NCBI RefSeq assembly: GCF_001194135.2
Contig: NC_068987.1
Coordinates: forward strand, 10,009,902 to 10,073,901
Source of the DNA: Octopus bimaculoides
Taxonomy: Eukaryota
Reading direction: 5' to 3'
Length of the DNA: 64,000 bases
Every line of letters starts with the position of its first letter. Position 1 is the first letter of the stretch. Below, piece after piece: positions 52,371 to 64,000 of this stretch. The notes under the pieces were generated by a model. That model searched no databases, was not told the DNA's origin, and was given only the letters and a program-made list of their open reading frames with translations. A program made the position numbers and the translations under genes.

Positions 52371-52804
52371 ATACAAGCGTAACAAGCCCAGCTTTTCTTT
52401 GGTTTATCTTTTGCATTTTGTCTTATATTATATTTTTTCCTAAACGACTAAATATGTTATGTCGCAATGACAAATGTTATTACGTATACACTAAGATCCA
52501 TCTCGATAATATGGCACAGATTCAATTTCAGTCTCGGCTGCAGCTCTTTCCCCTAACTTATCACTAAATAAAATATCAAAAACGTCAATCATGTCAGCCA
52601 TTTTTCTTTTAAAGCAATACCTATTAATCACCTATTAATGGATATCCCAGATCATCTAACATCATAATAAAGTTTTATTTCATGAATATTTCATCTTTTT
52701 TTTTTTTATATGTGTGCGGGAGTGAGGGTGGAGGTGGTGGGGGTCTGGGTGTGTGTGGGTGTATGTCTATCTCTAGCAACTTTTTTCCGTCTCGTCTTTC
52801 TCTC

Positions 52805-52865
52805 TTGCATATATCATATATATATATATATCATATATATATATATATCATATATATATATATAT

Positions 52866-52896
<31 letters not shown>

Positions 52897-53040
52897 CATA
52901 TATATATATCATATATATATATATATCATATATATATATATATCATATATATATATATCATATATATATATATATATCATATATATATATATATGATATA
53001 TATATATATATGATATATATATATATTTATATATATATGA
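52805..53040 (+). repeat. (TA)n tract with periodic TC/TG interruptions
   Basis: Direct reading. Confidence 0.95.
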
Positions 53041-53699
53041 TGTGTGCGTGCATGTTTGTCTGTGTATGCGTATATTTATGTGTAGACATGTGTGCATGTA
53101 TGCATATCACAGCGCCACCATACTCCATTGCTTTTAAAGCGATGTTTATTAATCACCTGTTAATGGACATCTCAGACCATGTAATGACATAATCAGTTTC
53201 TTTGATAAATATTTTATCTAGAGGTATACGTATATGTGACTACATATGCGTATGTGTGGATGCATGTATGTAAGTATATATGCTGCAAGGTGAAGGGGGC
53301 TAAAATGGAGAATCTTTGGAACGGTTCCCAATCTTCATTGTACTACTTTGTGTAGATGTGTGTGTGTGTAGATGTGTGTGTGTAGATGTGTGTGTGTTGT
53401 CTTCTTGTGAGTAGTCTTACGTTGACTCTTCGTGTGCCCTCTGATAAGGTTTTGATAAGAAGATAATTAGAAGTATCTCACGTGTTTCTTTTTATATCCT
53501 TTTTATTCATCCTTTGTGAAACGACTCAAACTTTTAAACATTATTATACTAGTGTGCTCATGCCGCCAGAGATGGAGGCATGAAAATTATATGGAAAATA
53601 AAATTAATAAAAACGTTACAACCTTTATCTCAGTAATTGCTCCAAGTGAAAACCCTACCAGCAACGAGTTCGCCTTGCTTCGGATGGTCCGTTTAAGTA

Positions 53700-54120
53700 C
53701 TAATTAGTTCTTCCATTCTTCTCATCTCTCTTTTGATTTCTCTCATTTGTACTGCTTCGTCTTCCGTTTCATCTTGTCGCCTTCGTTCTTAGATATTCTC
53801 TCCTCACTGTTGCTTTCTCTTGTTTCATCTTCGCGTTTTTGTGCTACTCTCTCTTTCTTTGGATATCTCTCCTTTGTGCAATTAGATGCTCCTTTTGGAT
53901 ATCTCTCCCTTGTGCAATTAGGTGCTCTTTTTCATATTGACGTCTTCGAGCCCGTCTTCTGGCGCCTTGTGCTCGTCTCTCTTGTCTCACTTCTTGTGAT
54001 TGATTTAATAACCTTAATGAATTATTTAATCTTCTTGCGTCCAGTTCTTCCTGAGTGAGACTGGCTGTTCTTCGCCTTTGTCTCTCTCTCTCCGGCTAAC
54101 CATCGCCTTCTGTCTAATTC
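53700..54120 (-). mobile_element. Decayed Helitron-like N-terminal charged-repeat coding fragment
   Basis: The minus strand reads SLTQEELDARRL..SQEVRQERRAQGARRRARRRQYE..REDETRE..RRRQDETEDE. These R/E-rich ET-x-E-x-R repeats are like those found upstream of Helitron Rep/helicase domains. It has stops and frameshifts. Confidence 0.5.
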
Positions 54121-55444
54121 ATTCTACATGGCAGGTGGATGAGTATAAAATATACTCATCCACAACGAAACACAGACTTGAAAATAAATGAGTATATTTG
54201 TGTGTGTGTGTGTGTGTGTGTAGTTTGTTNNNNNNNNNNNNNNNNNNNNNNNNNNNNNNNNNNNNNNNNNNNNNNNNNNNNNNNNNNNNNNNNNNNNNNN
54301 NNNNNNNNNNNNNNNNNNNNNNNNNNNNNNNNNNNNNNNNNNNNNNNNNNNNNNNNNNNNNNNNNNNNNNNNNNNNNNNNNNNNNNNNNNNNNNNNNNNN
54401 NNNNNNNNNNNNNNNNNNNNNNNNNNNNNNNNNNNNNNNNNNNNNNNNNNNNNNNNNNNNNNNNNNNNNNNNNNNNNNNNNNNNNNNNNNNNNNNNNNNN
54501 NNNNNNNNNNNNNNNNNNNNNNNNNNNNNNNNNNNNNNNNNNNNNNNNNNNNNNNNNNNNNNNNNNNNNNNNNNNNNNNNNNNNNNNNNNNNNNNNNNNN
54601 NNNNNNNNNNNNNNNNNNNNNNNNNNNNNNNNNNNNNNNNNNNNNNNNNNNNNNNNNNNNNNNNNNNNNNNNNNNNNNNNNNNNNNNNNNNNNNNNNNNN
54701 NNNNNNNNNNNNNNNNNNNNNNNNNNNNNNNNNNNNNNNNNNNNNNNNNNNNNNNNNNNNNNNNNNNNNNNNNNNNNNNNNNNNNNNNNNNNNNNNNNNN
54801 NNNNNNNNNNNNNNNNNNNNNNNNNNNNNNNNNNNNNNNNNNNNNNNNNNNNNNNNNNNNNNNNNNNNNNNNNNNNNNNNNNNNNNNNNNNNNNNNNNNN
54901 NNNNNNNNNNNNNNNNNNNNNNNNNNNNNNNNNNNNNNNNNNNNNNNNNNNNNNNNNNNNNNNNNNNNNNNNNNNNNNNNNNNNNNNNNNNNNNNNNNNN
55001 NNNNNNNNNNNNNNNNNNNNNNNNNNNNNNNNNNNNNNNNNNNNNNNNNNNNNNNNNNNNNNNNNNNNNNNNNNNNNNNNNNNNNNNNNNNNNNNNNNNN
55101 NNNNNNNNNNNNNNNNNNNNNNNNNNNNNNNNNNNNNNNNNNNNNNNNNNNNNNNNNNNNNNNNNNNNNNNNNNNNNNNNNNNNNNNNNNNNNNNNNNNN
55201 NNNNNNNNNNNNNNNNNNNNNNNNNNNAGAGAGTAAGAGAAAGAGAGTGAGGCAGCGTTCATCAATAAAGTGAAATGGTTTTTCTTGAGACAGAAAGCGA
55301 GAGGCGCTGTTTGATACCACTCCCTCTCTCATTGTTATTGTCGTGTTGTCTCTTCTCTTTTTTTACTCTTCCTTATTCTGCTACTCCCTTATTGCATGAT
55401 TTTGGACAAACTTACAAACAAGCTCATTATTATAATAGATTACC

Positions 55445-55905
55445 CAAGGAGTTCAGTTGGAAGAATCGTTAGCACGCCGGATGAAATGCTTAGCAATATT
55501 TCGTCTGCCGCTACGTTCTGGGTTCAAATTCCACCGAGGTAGACTTTCGGGATCGATAAATTAAGTACCAATTGAACACTGGGGTAGATGTAATCGAATA
55601 ATACCCACGTCCCCCAGATTGCCCGTGTGGCTAAAATTTGAAATAATTATATTATCCAAGGCTGATTAGAGATTGAGAGGACGATTAAATCATATGATTG
55701 ATTATGAAGCACATTAATCTTTCCTGCGATAGACACAAGGGTTTGAATATTCTGGAGAGGAGGGTTCGTCGATTGTACCGTCACCAGTACTCAAGTGGTA
55801 CTTATTTTATCGAAAGCCAAAAGCGACTTCGGCAGAATTTGAACTCAGAACGTAAAGACGCTAAGTATTTTGTCCAGTACAGTAAAAATTCTGCCAGCTC
55901 GCCAC
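55445..55905. mobile_element. Inverted pair of SINE family B copies (55445-55645 on +, 55750-55905 on -)
   Basis: Head and core motifs on opposite strands. Confidence 0.75.
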
Positions 55906-56550
55906 ATTTTGTGAAACACATTAATAAAGTGTGTGCAATACAAAAGCGAAGGAAGCCAAAATAGTTTTTTAAAAAAATCAATAAGTTATTGTCGTAAAAT
56001 ATATTCACCGCTGGATTCAGCCGCTGTAGTGATAATTTTTAAATTTGCAAAGAACAAAAAGTACATTTGAGTGGCCAGCATGTAGCAGCCATAACTGTTA
56101 TGAAATTTATGTCTATGAAAACTTAAAATTTATTGACTTCCCAACAATGATATCTGATACATAAACATTTGGAGAAAGAGTCTTGTTGCCTAATGGAATA
56201 ATGGAGTTGAAAATGAAGAGGTTGACGAAGAAGATCATTTGCCTTCTTGAAAAAGATGTAGAATTGTGTCGGAGTCCTCACCTTCTTGTCTTCATATATT
56301 TCTTGATAACAGCGTATTCATTGCTTAATATTTCTTTCGACCATGGCGAATTCTTCGACCTTCGACTTTAATATTTTCAAATGGGCAACACCATTAATAC
56401 AATGCTAAAACATCATATCTACCAACTTCTTTGCAGTGAGAGAATTCCTTGACTCTTCTTTCCCTATTTGTCTTTATTCTTCCCCTATAAACCTTTTTCT
56501 TTCTTACTGAAAGAGATCCTCTTAGGACAGTTCTTTAAGATTCCAGACCA

Positions 56551-56787
56551 AATACCTATTTCTTTACTGCCCACAAGGGGCTACACACAGAGGGGCAATC
56601 AAGGACAGACAAACGGATTAAGTCGATTATATCGACTCCAGTGCGTAACTGGTACTTAATTTATCGACCCCGAAAGGATGAAAGGCAAAGTCGACCTCGG
56701 CGGAATTTGAACTCAGAACGCAGTGGCAGACGAAATACCGCTAAGCATTTCGCCCGACGTGCTACCGTTTCTGCCAGCTCGCTGCCT
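56551..56787 (-). mobile_element. SINE family B monomer (first-monomer tail type)
   Basis: Nearly identical to 14155-14389. Confidence 0.92.
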
Positions 56788-57046
56788 CCATGTATTTGTA
56801 TTACTATCATCATGCCTGAACAGGAAGACGATCTGAGTGCTCAGCAATGACATCATAGGCACCATACTCTTATCCTGAGTCGCCACCTATCTGTCGAAAC
56901 TGAAAATGCATTTGACACCTTCCGTAGATTCAGTAAAGTACCAGTAATATGCTTAGGGAGAATCGGTTTACTGTATCTATTTCATACCTTTTGGTATCTT
57001 TAAACCGCAAGGAAGCAATTATTACTTAAAACAATTCCATGTGTCA

Positions 57047-57078
<32 letters not shown>

Positions 57079-57885
57079 CGTGCGTGCGTGTGTAACGCTT
57101 TCTAACGATTTTTTTTTCTTGCTTCTTTCGCTTTTGATGCTTTATCTCATTATATTTATTTAAAACTTAATAACGAGGTCAGTTTTTAACATAGTTCATC
57201 TTCATTTAGCANNNNNNNNNNTCTCACGCTTTCTCATGTCTACACACATATCCATCCATATATATATACAAGCACAGTCTCTTTATTTTCCATGTGTTTC
57301 TCTTGTCTTCTCCCACCACTACTACAAACACGCGTTTTTACATTTACAAGTTTCAAATGTTGTGTTTGTTTTTTGTTTTTTAATGTATTTCTTATACAAT
57401 GAATTTCTTCCTAATCTGTCATCGGCTGACATTTCATTTACTTGTATTTTCTCAATCAATTATCATAACACTGCATGCAAGTACATGGTTGTATGTGCTT
57501 GAACGTGTGTGTGTGTTTGTGTGCCTGAAACTGCCTCTCTCTCTCTCCATCTCTCTCTCTGTATGCAACATCAGCTCCCACTCGTTCATGTTTTTAGCCA
57601 AAACAGTTGCATAAATAAACAGTTTCCTCGCATCGTTTCCTTTTCTTGCCACCGTTGAATGATTCTTCCTTATCACTTTAAATTCTTTCTTGTAGCTTTA
57701 ATATATATTTTGATATAAGTTACGAGTTTCATTTTCAAATAATTAAACATTTAAAAAATCGGATTTCACTTATCTATCTTTCAATTAAAGCTTCGAATTT
57801 TCTCATTTGAAGCATCGTCAAAGCTGTATAACAAGCAATCAATGAATCTACATGAAAATAGACACACCGATTATTAAGAAAATCA

Positions 57886-57925
<40 letters not shown>

Positions 57926-57960
57926 GTAATAACAACAGCAACAACAAACATTACAATAAT

Positions 57961-58185
57961 AATCTTTCCTACCAATGGCACAAGCCCTGGAATTTTAGGG
58001 TGAGGCAGCTAGTCGGTTACATCGACCCAGTGCTCAACTGGTACTTATTTCATTGACCCCCTAGAGGATGAAAGACAAAGTTGACCTCGGCGGAATTCAA
58101 ACTCAAAACGTAAAAAAAAAAAACGGAAAAACGCAGCTAGGCATATTGTCCGGTTTGATAAAGATTCTGCCAGCTCACTGCCTTA
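57961..58185 (-). mobile_element. SINE family B copy next to an (AAT)n tract
   Basis: Reverse-complement match. Confidence 0.8.
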
Positions 58186-58296
58186 TACTAATAATGATAA
58201 CCTTTTATACTATAGGCACGAGGCCAGGAATTTCACTCTTACTTCCTGTTTGTGTTGTTCCTGTAATTCAAAGGGCCGTCAGCCTTGTCACACTGT

Positions 58297-58341
<45 letters not shown>

Positions 58342-58839
58342 AAATATCAAGGCCCCCCTGCTATGGGTTGATTAGTTAGCATATCACGGGTCACTTACCT
58401 ATATGCACGTGAAAACTGGATCCAGTAGACTCTGCAGAAGAAACCTTCAGGGTTCAACGGAGTGGAATGCGGCTGCGGCAACGCATTGTGGGGTTCAGAG
58501 AACAAGATAAAGCAAATAAAACAACTGGGCCATCCTCTGCATCTGTCTCCGTCCTTAGTCGTCTTGGTCTGGTCTTGTCACTGGATTGAAGACGATCCCA
58601 AGATAGAGTGAGTTAGGCTGGCAGTGCGCATCTCTTCGCTTTATAAGCAGTCACGGTACAAGTCAGTCATTGTATTTCTAAAGAAATGATTAGATGGCAC
58701 TTACCGCTCCGACGGACTCGTATTCAACTGAGATTTTATCACTCTCGCAGATATCGTAAAGGTAATGAACACGTCGGCATTTGAAATTGGGTCCCCGGGT
58801 AATTGAAATTATTTCAAGTCCAGGCAGAACACCACAGAA

Positions 58840-58883
58840 GTGAAGGGAAGACTAATGAAGGGAAGACTAATGAAGGGAAGACT
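58840..58883 (+). repeat. Three copies of 15-bp TGAAGGGAAGACTAA
   Basis: Direct reading. Confidence 0.9.
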
Positions 58884-59306
58884 GGTGGGCTGTGTTATCG
58901 AAATTTTCAATAAAAAAACATTAAGTCGCGTGAAAAGTAATAACTTTATTTCAAGTTTCATATCTTTCTAAAATAGTAGACTGCCTTACTGTTCCGAGTT
59001 TGAATTTATCTGGTGTTGATTTCTGTCCTAATTGTTTCTCCGTTGTCACCAATATCAGTTTCATTTAGTAGACCATATTTCCAAAAATATATCTTCCTTT
59101 TAATATATTGTTGCAGTAAGGTAATATCTGGTAACTGTGCCTTGTGTGGTTTCTGGTTGGAACCTCCAGGTTTTCTGTACTGAAAGAGCCTGGTTAAGAG
59201 CCTATACGGTTACGTAACACAGCCCGCACACCTTGCAACTATGTTATAAAACCAACCAGCATGTTGCAGAGGGTGCTTGAAGACTCAAAGGTTCATAAAA
59301 CCGACC

Positions 59307-61060
59307 TGTCTATACCTACACCTATGCCTACACCTGTCTCTATACCTACACCTATGCCTACCGCTATATTTGCCTCTATATGCCTAACACTATTACCTCC
59401 CCCTATATGCCTACCACTATGTTTGTCTCTACATGCCTACCGCTATGTTTGTCTCTACATGCCTACCACTATGTTTGTCTCTATCTGCCTAACACTATGT
59501 TTGTCTCTATCTGCCTAACACTATGTTTGTCTCTACATGCCTACCTCTATGTTTGTCTCTATCTGCCTACCACTATGTTTGTTTCTACATGCCTACCACT
59601 ATGTTTGTCTCTATCTGCCTAACACTATTACCTCTATATGCCTACCACTATGTTTGTCTCTACATGCCTACCACTATGTTTGTCTCTATCTGCCTACCAC
59701 TATGTTTGTCTCTATCTGCCTACCACTATGTTTGTCTCTATCTGCCTACCACTATGTTTGTCTCTACATGCCTACCACTATGTTTGTCTCTACATGCCTA
59801 CCACTATGTTTGTCTCTACATGCCTACCACTATGTTTGTCTCTACATGCCTACNNNNNNNNNNNNNNNNNNNNNNNNNNNNNNNNNNNNNNNNNNNNNNN
59901 NNNNNNNNNNNNNNNNNNNNNNNNNNNNNNNNNNNNNNNNNNNNNNNNNNNNNNNNNNNNNNNNNNNNNNNNNNNNNNNNNNNNNNNNNNNNNNNNNNNN
60001 NNNNNNNNNNNNNNNNNNNNNNNNNNNNNNNNNNNNNNNNNNNNNNNNNNNNNNNNNNNNNNNNNNNNNNNNNNNNNNNNNNNNNNNNNNNNNNNNNNNN
60101 NNNNNNNNNNNNNNNNNNNNNNNNNNNNNNNNNNNNNNNNNNNNNNNNNNNNNNNNNNNNNNNNNNNNNNNNNNNNNNNNNNNNNNNNNNNNNNNNNNNN
60201 NNNNNNNNNNNNNNNNNNNNNNNNNNNNNNNNNNNNNNNNNNNNNNNNNNNNNNNNNNNNNNNNNNNNNNNNNNNNNNNNNNNNNNNNNNNNNNNNNNNN
60301 NNNNNNNNNNNNNNNNNNNNNNNNNNNNNNNNNNNNNNNNNNNNNNNNNNNNNNNNNNNNNNNNNNNNNNNNNNNNNNNNNNNNNNNNNNNNNNNNNNNN
60401 NNNNNNNNNNNNNNNNNNNNNNNNNNNNNNNNNNNNNNNNNNNNNNNNNNNNNNNNNNNNNNNNNNNNNNNNNNNNNNNNNNNNNNNNNNNNNNNNNNNN
60501 NNNNNNNNNNNNNNNNNNNNNNNNNNNNNNNNNNNNNNNNNNNNNNNNNNNNNNNNNNNNNNNNNNNNNNNNNNNNNNNNNNNNNNNNNNNNNNNNNNNN
60601 NNNNNNNNNNNNNNNNNNNNNNNNNNNNNNNNNNNNNNACATGCCTACCACTATAGTATGTCTCTACATGCCTACCACTATAGTATGTCTCTACATGCCT
60701 ACCACTATAGTATGTCTCTACATGCCTACCACTATAGTATGTCTCTACATGCCTACCACTATAGTATGTCTCTATATGCCTACCACTATAGTATGTCTCT
60801 ATATGCCTACCACTATAGTATGTCTCTATATGCCTACCACTATAGTATGTCTCTATATGCCTACCACTATTGTTTGTCTCTATATGCCTACCACTATTCC
60901 TCTGTGCCTACCTCTATGTTTGTCTCTATATGCCTACCACTATGTTTGTCTCTATATGCCTACCACTATTACCTCCCCCTATATGCCTACCACTATTACC
61001 TCTATGTGCCTACCTCTATGTTTTGTCTCTATATGCCTACCACTATGTTTGTCTCGAAAC
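59307..61060 (+). repeat. 26/27-bp minisatellite array (gap 59854-60638)
   Basis: CTACCACTATGTTTGTCTCTACATGC (26 bp) left of the gap and ATGCCTACCACTATAGTATGTCTCTAC (27 bp) right of it. The edges are degenerate. Confidence 0.95.
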
Positions 61061-61334
61061 CTCTATATGTCTATGTATGTCTATCTCTATACACCTCTAC
61101 ACCTCCCTATCTACCTCTACACCTATCTACCTCCCTAATCTCTATACCTATCTGTCTGTGTATATCTATACCTATACCTATATCTGTCTCTTTTTGTCTG
61201 TCTATATCTATACCTATATCTATCTGTCTATCTTACCTGTGGCTAGTCAGCAAAATAGCCAACTAATACCGGTTGGTGAACTATCGCAGGTCTGAAAGAA
61301 TTGAAAACAATGCTGAGTTTTTATAGGCAAAAAT

Positions 61335-61481
61335 CGGAAGTGACATCACAATTTGGAATATTCCAAACAAAATAAAACATCAGATTTAAAACTTTTTCGT
61401 TCATTTTAATTTACGATGAATGAAAAATGCATCGTGGTGACGTCATAATAAAACACAAGCTTTTCTTTAAGATACGGAAGT
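61335..61481. promoter_or_regulatory. Candidate promoter/enhancer motif cluster (ETS plus CRE)
   Basis: CGGAAGTGACATCA at 61335-61348, palindromic TGACGTCA at 61438-61445 and CGGAAGT at 61475-61481, in non-repetitive-looking sequence. Motif evidence only. Confidence 0.3.
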
Positions 61482-61920
61482 TTTCGGCTCCTAAATATAA
61501 TGCTGTAAGGCAAATTTCGTATTGCAAAACGTATTTCCTATTTTACTTCTGTATAACATGGAAATGAACGACCATTATGAAAGTCGCGCCCCAAATGATG
61601 TAAGACATTTAACTGCTTGGTTGGGGGTCAAAATAGCTTAAGGGCACTTTCGGAAGAAGTTGTATTAAAAAGCAGAAGCGGTAAAGGGCTGGGGTCTCAG
61701 AGTACTACCTAAATCGAGCTCCTTTATTTGTCTGCGGTGAGGTTTGTTGCTATTTGTTTTGTTTCTTTTCATGTTTAATCCTTTTACTTGTTTCCGTCAA
61801 AATGGAAATAGAGTAATTCCATTTAGAAGTCTTTTACGTCTAACCATTCAAACGCATCTAATTTCACATCCTTGAAAATCTGCTACATCAGTATATTTTC
61901 ATAAGTGAAGTATTTTCTCT

Positions 61921-62410
61921 AGGTGGCTGTGTGGTAAGTAGCTTGCCTACCAACCACATGGTTCCGGGTTCATTCCCACTGCGTGGCACCTTGGGCAAGT
62001 GTCTTCTACTATAGCCTCGGACCGACCAAAACCTTGTGAGTGGATTTGGTAGACGGAACCTGAAAGAAGCCCGTCGTATGTATATATATATATATATATA
62101 TATNNNNNNNNNNNNNNNNNNNNNNNNNNNNNNNNNNNNNNNNNNNNNNNNNNNNNNNNNNNNNNNNNNNNNNNNNNNNTATATGTGTGTGTGTGTGTGT
62201 GTTTGTGTGTCTGTGTTTGTCCCCCCAGCATCACTTGACAACCGATGGTGGTGTGTTTACGTCCCCGTAACTTAGCGGTTCGGCAAAAGTGTAAATAGAA
62301 TAAGTACTAGGCTTACAAAGAATAAATCCTGGGGTCGATTTGCTCGACTAAAAGGCGGTGCTCCAGCATGGCCGCAGTCAAATGACGGAAACAAGTATAA
62401 GAGAAAAGAG
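61921..62410 (+). mobile_element. SINE family A, full length, with a gap in the internal microsatellite
   Basis: Head 61921-62080, gap 62104-62179, 3' half to the ..aaacaagtataagagaaaag tail. Confidence 0.92.
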
Positions 62411-62479
62411 AAAGAGAAAACTCTATAATACACAAATCTACAAGACAACTACTCGGTCATGGCCCTAAGAATTCTTATG

Positions 62480-63105
62480 AACTACTTTGCGTGTTGTTTA
62501 AGACTTTTACAGTTGGTTTCTTCGAGATATTTGTTCGCCTTTGGGAGGTGCTTGAAACTTTTGTATTCTAAATCACGTTGAAATGCCACGTCGTTTACTC
62601 TCGAAACTCGATCAAACTAAACATCACGTCAATATATTTTCTCAAAACATTGAAGTTTAAAATAATTCTCATTGAGATACAATGAAAAGTCCGTGTAAAA
62701 TGTAAAAATATAGAGATAAGTAAATTCATTCTACTGAGAAATATCATACTCCAGATTTTTCGAATCTAAAAGTAGACTAATTTCACATAAACAATCAGCG
62801 AGCCGTTCAACCGCCGTGTATTGTTGTACGTAATGAAACTAATGTAAAATATCTAATTTCATTTTAAAGTAAATTAAATTCCCGTGTATGCCAACATCAT
62901 TGAAATCTTTAAAATCTAATTGGGGAAAATATTTCCTGTTGTATAATACAATTGAATCAAGAGTGACTAATAGTTTTGTAATTTTCTTTGTAATAGTTTT
63001 GTAATTTGTGCCGACCAAATTATGGGTGCCATCAGTTAGAATCGTTGATATTCTTGACAAATTTATTTGTCTTTCACGTAATATTCTAACAACGAAGTTC
63101 ATTAT
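62480..63105 (-). mobile_element. Decayed hAT (SPIN/Buster-like) transposase fragment
   Basis: The minus strand reads INLSRISTILTDGTHNLVG (cf. ITTDGAPNMVG), then VERLADCLCEISLLLDSK..FYTDFSLYLNE..KLQCFEK..FQRDLE. This matches the order of hAT motifs, with many stops and frameshifts. Confidence 0.65.
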
Positions 63106-63245
63106 ATCCTTTCTTGATGCGATAAACTCTTCAACTAAACCATAGGTACAGACATAGTTATATGGTTAACAAGCTCACTTTTCAACCACGCGGTTTCGAG
63201 TTTAGTCCCACCGCGTGACACCTAGAGGTATTGTGTAAAAAATAT

Positions 63246-63731
63246 AGTGTCTTCTACTATAGTCCCGGGCTGACCAATGCCTTGTGAGTGAATTTCGTAG
63301 ACGGAAATCGTATGGAGGACCCATCGATTTTGCTATATAAGACGTGCCAACACAGAACAATACCAGCTTCTGTTGACCTTGTTTCATTTTATTATGAAAG
63401 TCATCAATAAAAAATGTACATGTGTAGGCGCAGGAGTGGCTATGTGGTAGGTAGCTTGCTTACCAACCACATGGTTTCAGGTTCAGTCCCACTGCGTGGC
63501 ACCTTGGGCCAGTGTCTTCTACTATAGTCCCGGGCTGACCAATGCCTTGTGAGTGAATTTCGTAGACGGAAATCGTATGGAGGACCCATCGATTTTGCTA
63601 TATAAGACGTGCCAACACAGAACAATACCAGCTTCTGTTGACCTTGTTTCATTTTATTATGAAAGTCATCAATAAAAAATGTACATGTGTAGGCGCAGGA
63701 GTGGCTATGTGGTAGGTAGCTTGCTTACCAA
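63246..63731 (+). repeat. 265-bp-period tandem duplication containing SINE family A heads
   Basis: 63246-63466 appears identical to 63511-63731. The second copy runs into a gap. Confidence 0.93.
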
Positions 63732-64000
63732 NNNNNNNNNNNNNNNNNNNNNNNNNNNNNNNNNNNNNNNNNNNNNNNNNNNNNNNNNNNNNNNNNNNNN
63801 NNNNNNNNNNNNNNNNNNNNNNNNNNNNNNNNNNNNNNNNNNNNNNNNNNNNNNNAAGTTTCTTTAATGAACTCGTTAACAAATAGTGATTTTTAATGAA
63901 GTGTATCATGCTTTATACGATAAGTTAGTAAATGGAGAAGTGCTGCAAATAATTGTAATAAGTTCACTGGTTGAGTGTTTTCCAATTTAGTTTTTGCGTG

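Noticed and set aside
58397-58429. 33-nt minus-strand segment between TTCTTCTGCAG and GTAAGTG, like a micro-exon
   Set aside because: Good splice-like motifs are common by chance in 64 kb, and there is no recognizable peptide or neighbouring exon chain.
58520-58660. Weak resemblance to an RTE-type LINE 3' end on the minus strand
   Set aside because: The similarity is too loose to call without an alignment.
59400-60900. CRISPR-like appearance of 26-31 bp repeats (also at 21606)
   Set aside because: The units are directly adjacent with no unique spacers, there are no cas genes, and the context is eukaryotic.
59261-61295. ORFs of up to 542 aa with MPTT/CLPL/AYHY repeats
   Set aside because: They are translations of the 26/27-bp minisatellite plus a 785-nt gap; all frames are open and there is no unique flanking coding sequence.
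3094-62275. Dozens of long ORFs in the supplied track (YIYI, HTHT, CVCV, X-rich)
   Set aside because: They are translations of microsatellites and N runs, which lack stop codons; there is no protein-family signal.

Overview
AT-rich eukaryotic draft-assembly DNA that is repeat-dense, with about 6.7 kb of N gaps in 18 runs, most of them flanked by microsatellites. I found no host protein-coding gene, RNA gene or CRISPR array that I can support. The window reads as intronic or intergenic DNA, and the SINE families point to an octopus (coleoid cephalopod) genome; that is an inference from recalled repeat sequences, not a database result. There are three groups of tRNA-derived SINEs, labelled A, B and C/D here, totalling more than 40 copies or fragments. 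Decayed autonomous elements are two DD37D (maT) transposase remnants, a 3'-truncated mariner, RT and restriction-like endonuclease pieces of an R4/Dong-type LINE, a Helitron-like N-terminal repeat fragment and a hAT transposase remnant. Several mini- and microsatellites are also present. Almost all ORFs in the supplied track are artefacts of microsatellites or N runs. I see no new multi-gene system. The most interesting observations are structural: a dimeric SINE that moved as one unit (shown by a TSD), all four module combinations of one SINE lineage, two foldback elements, a SINE-mediated tandem duplication, a minisatellite that changes unit length, close inverted SINE pairs, and an ETS/CRE motif cluster.
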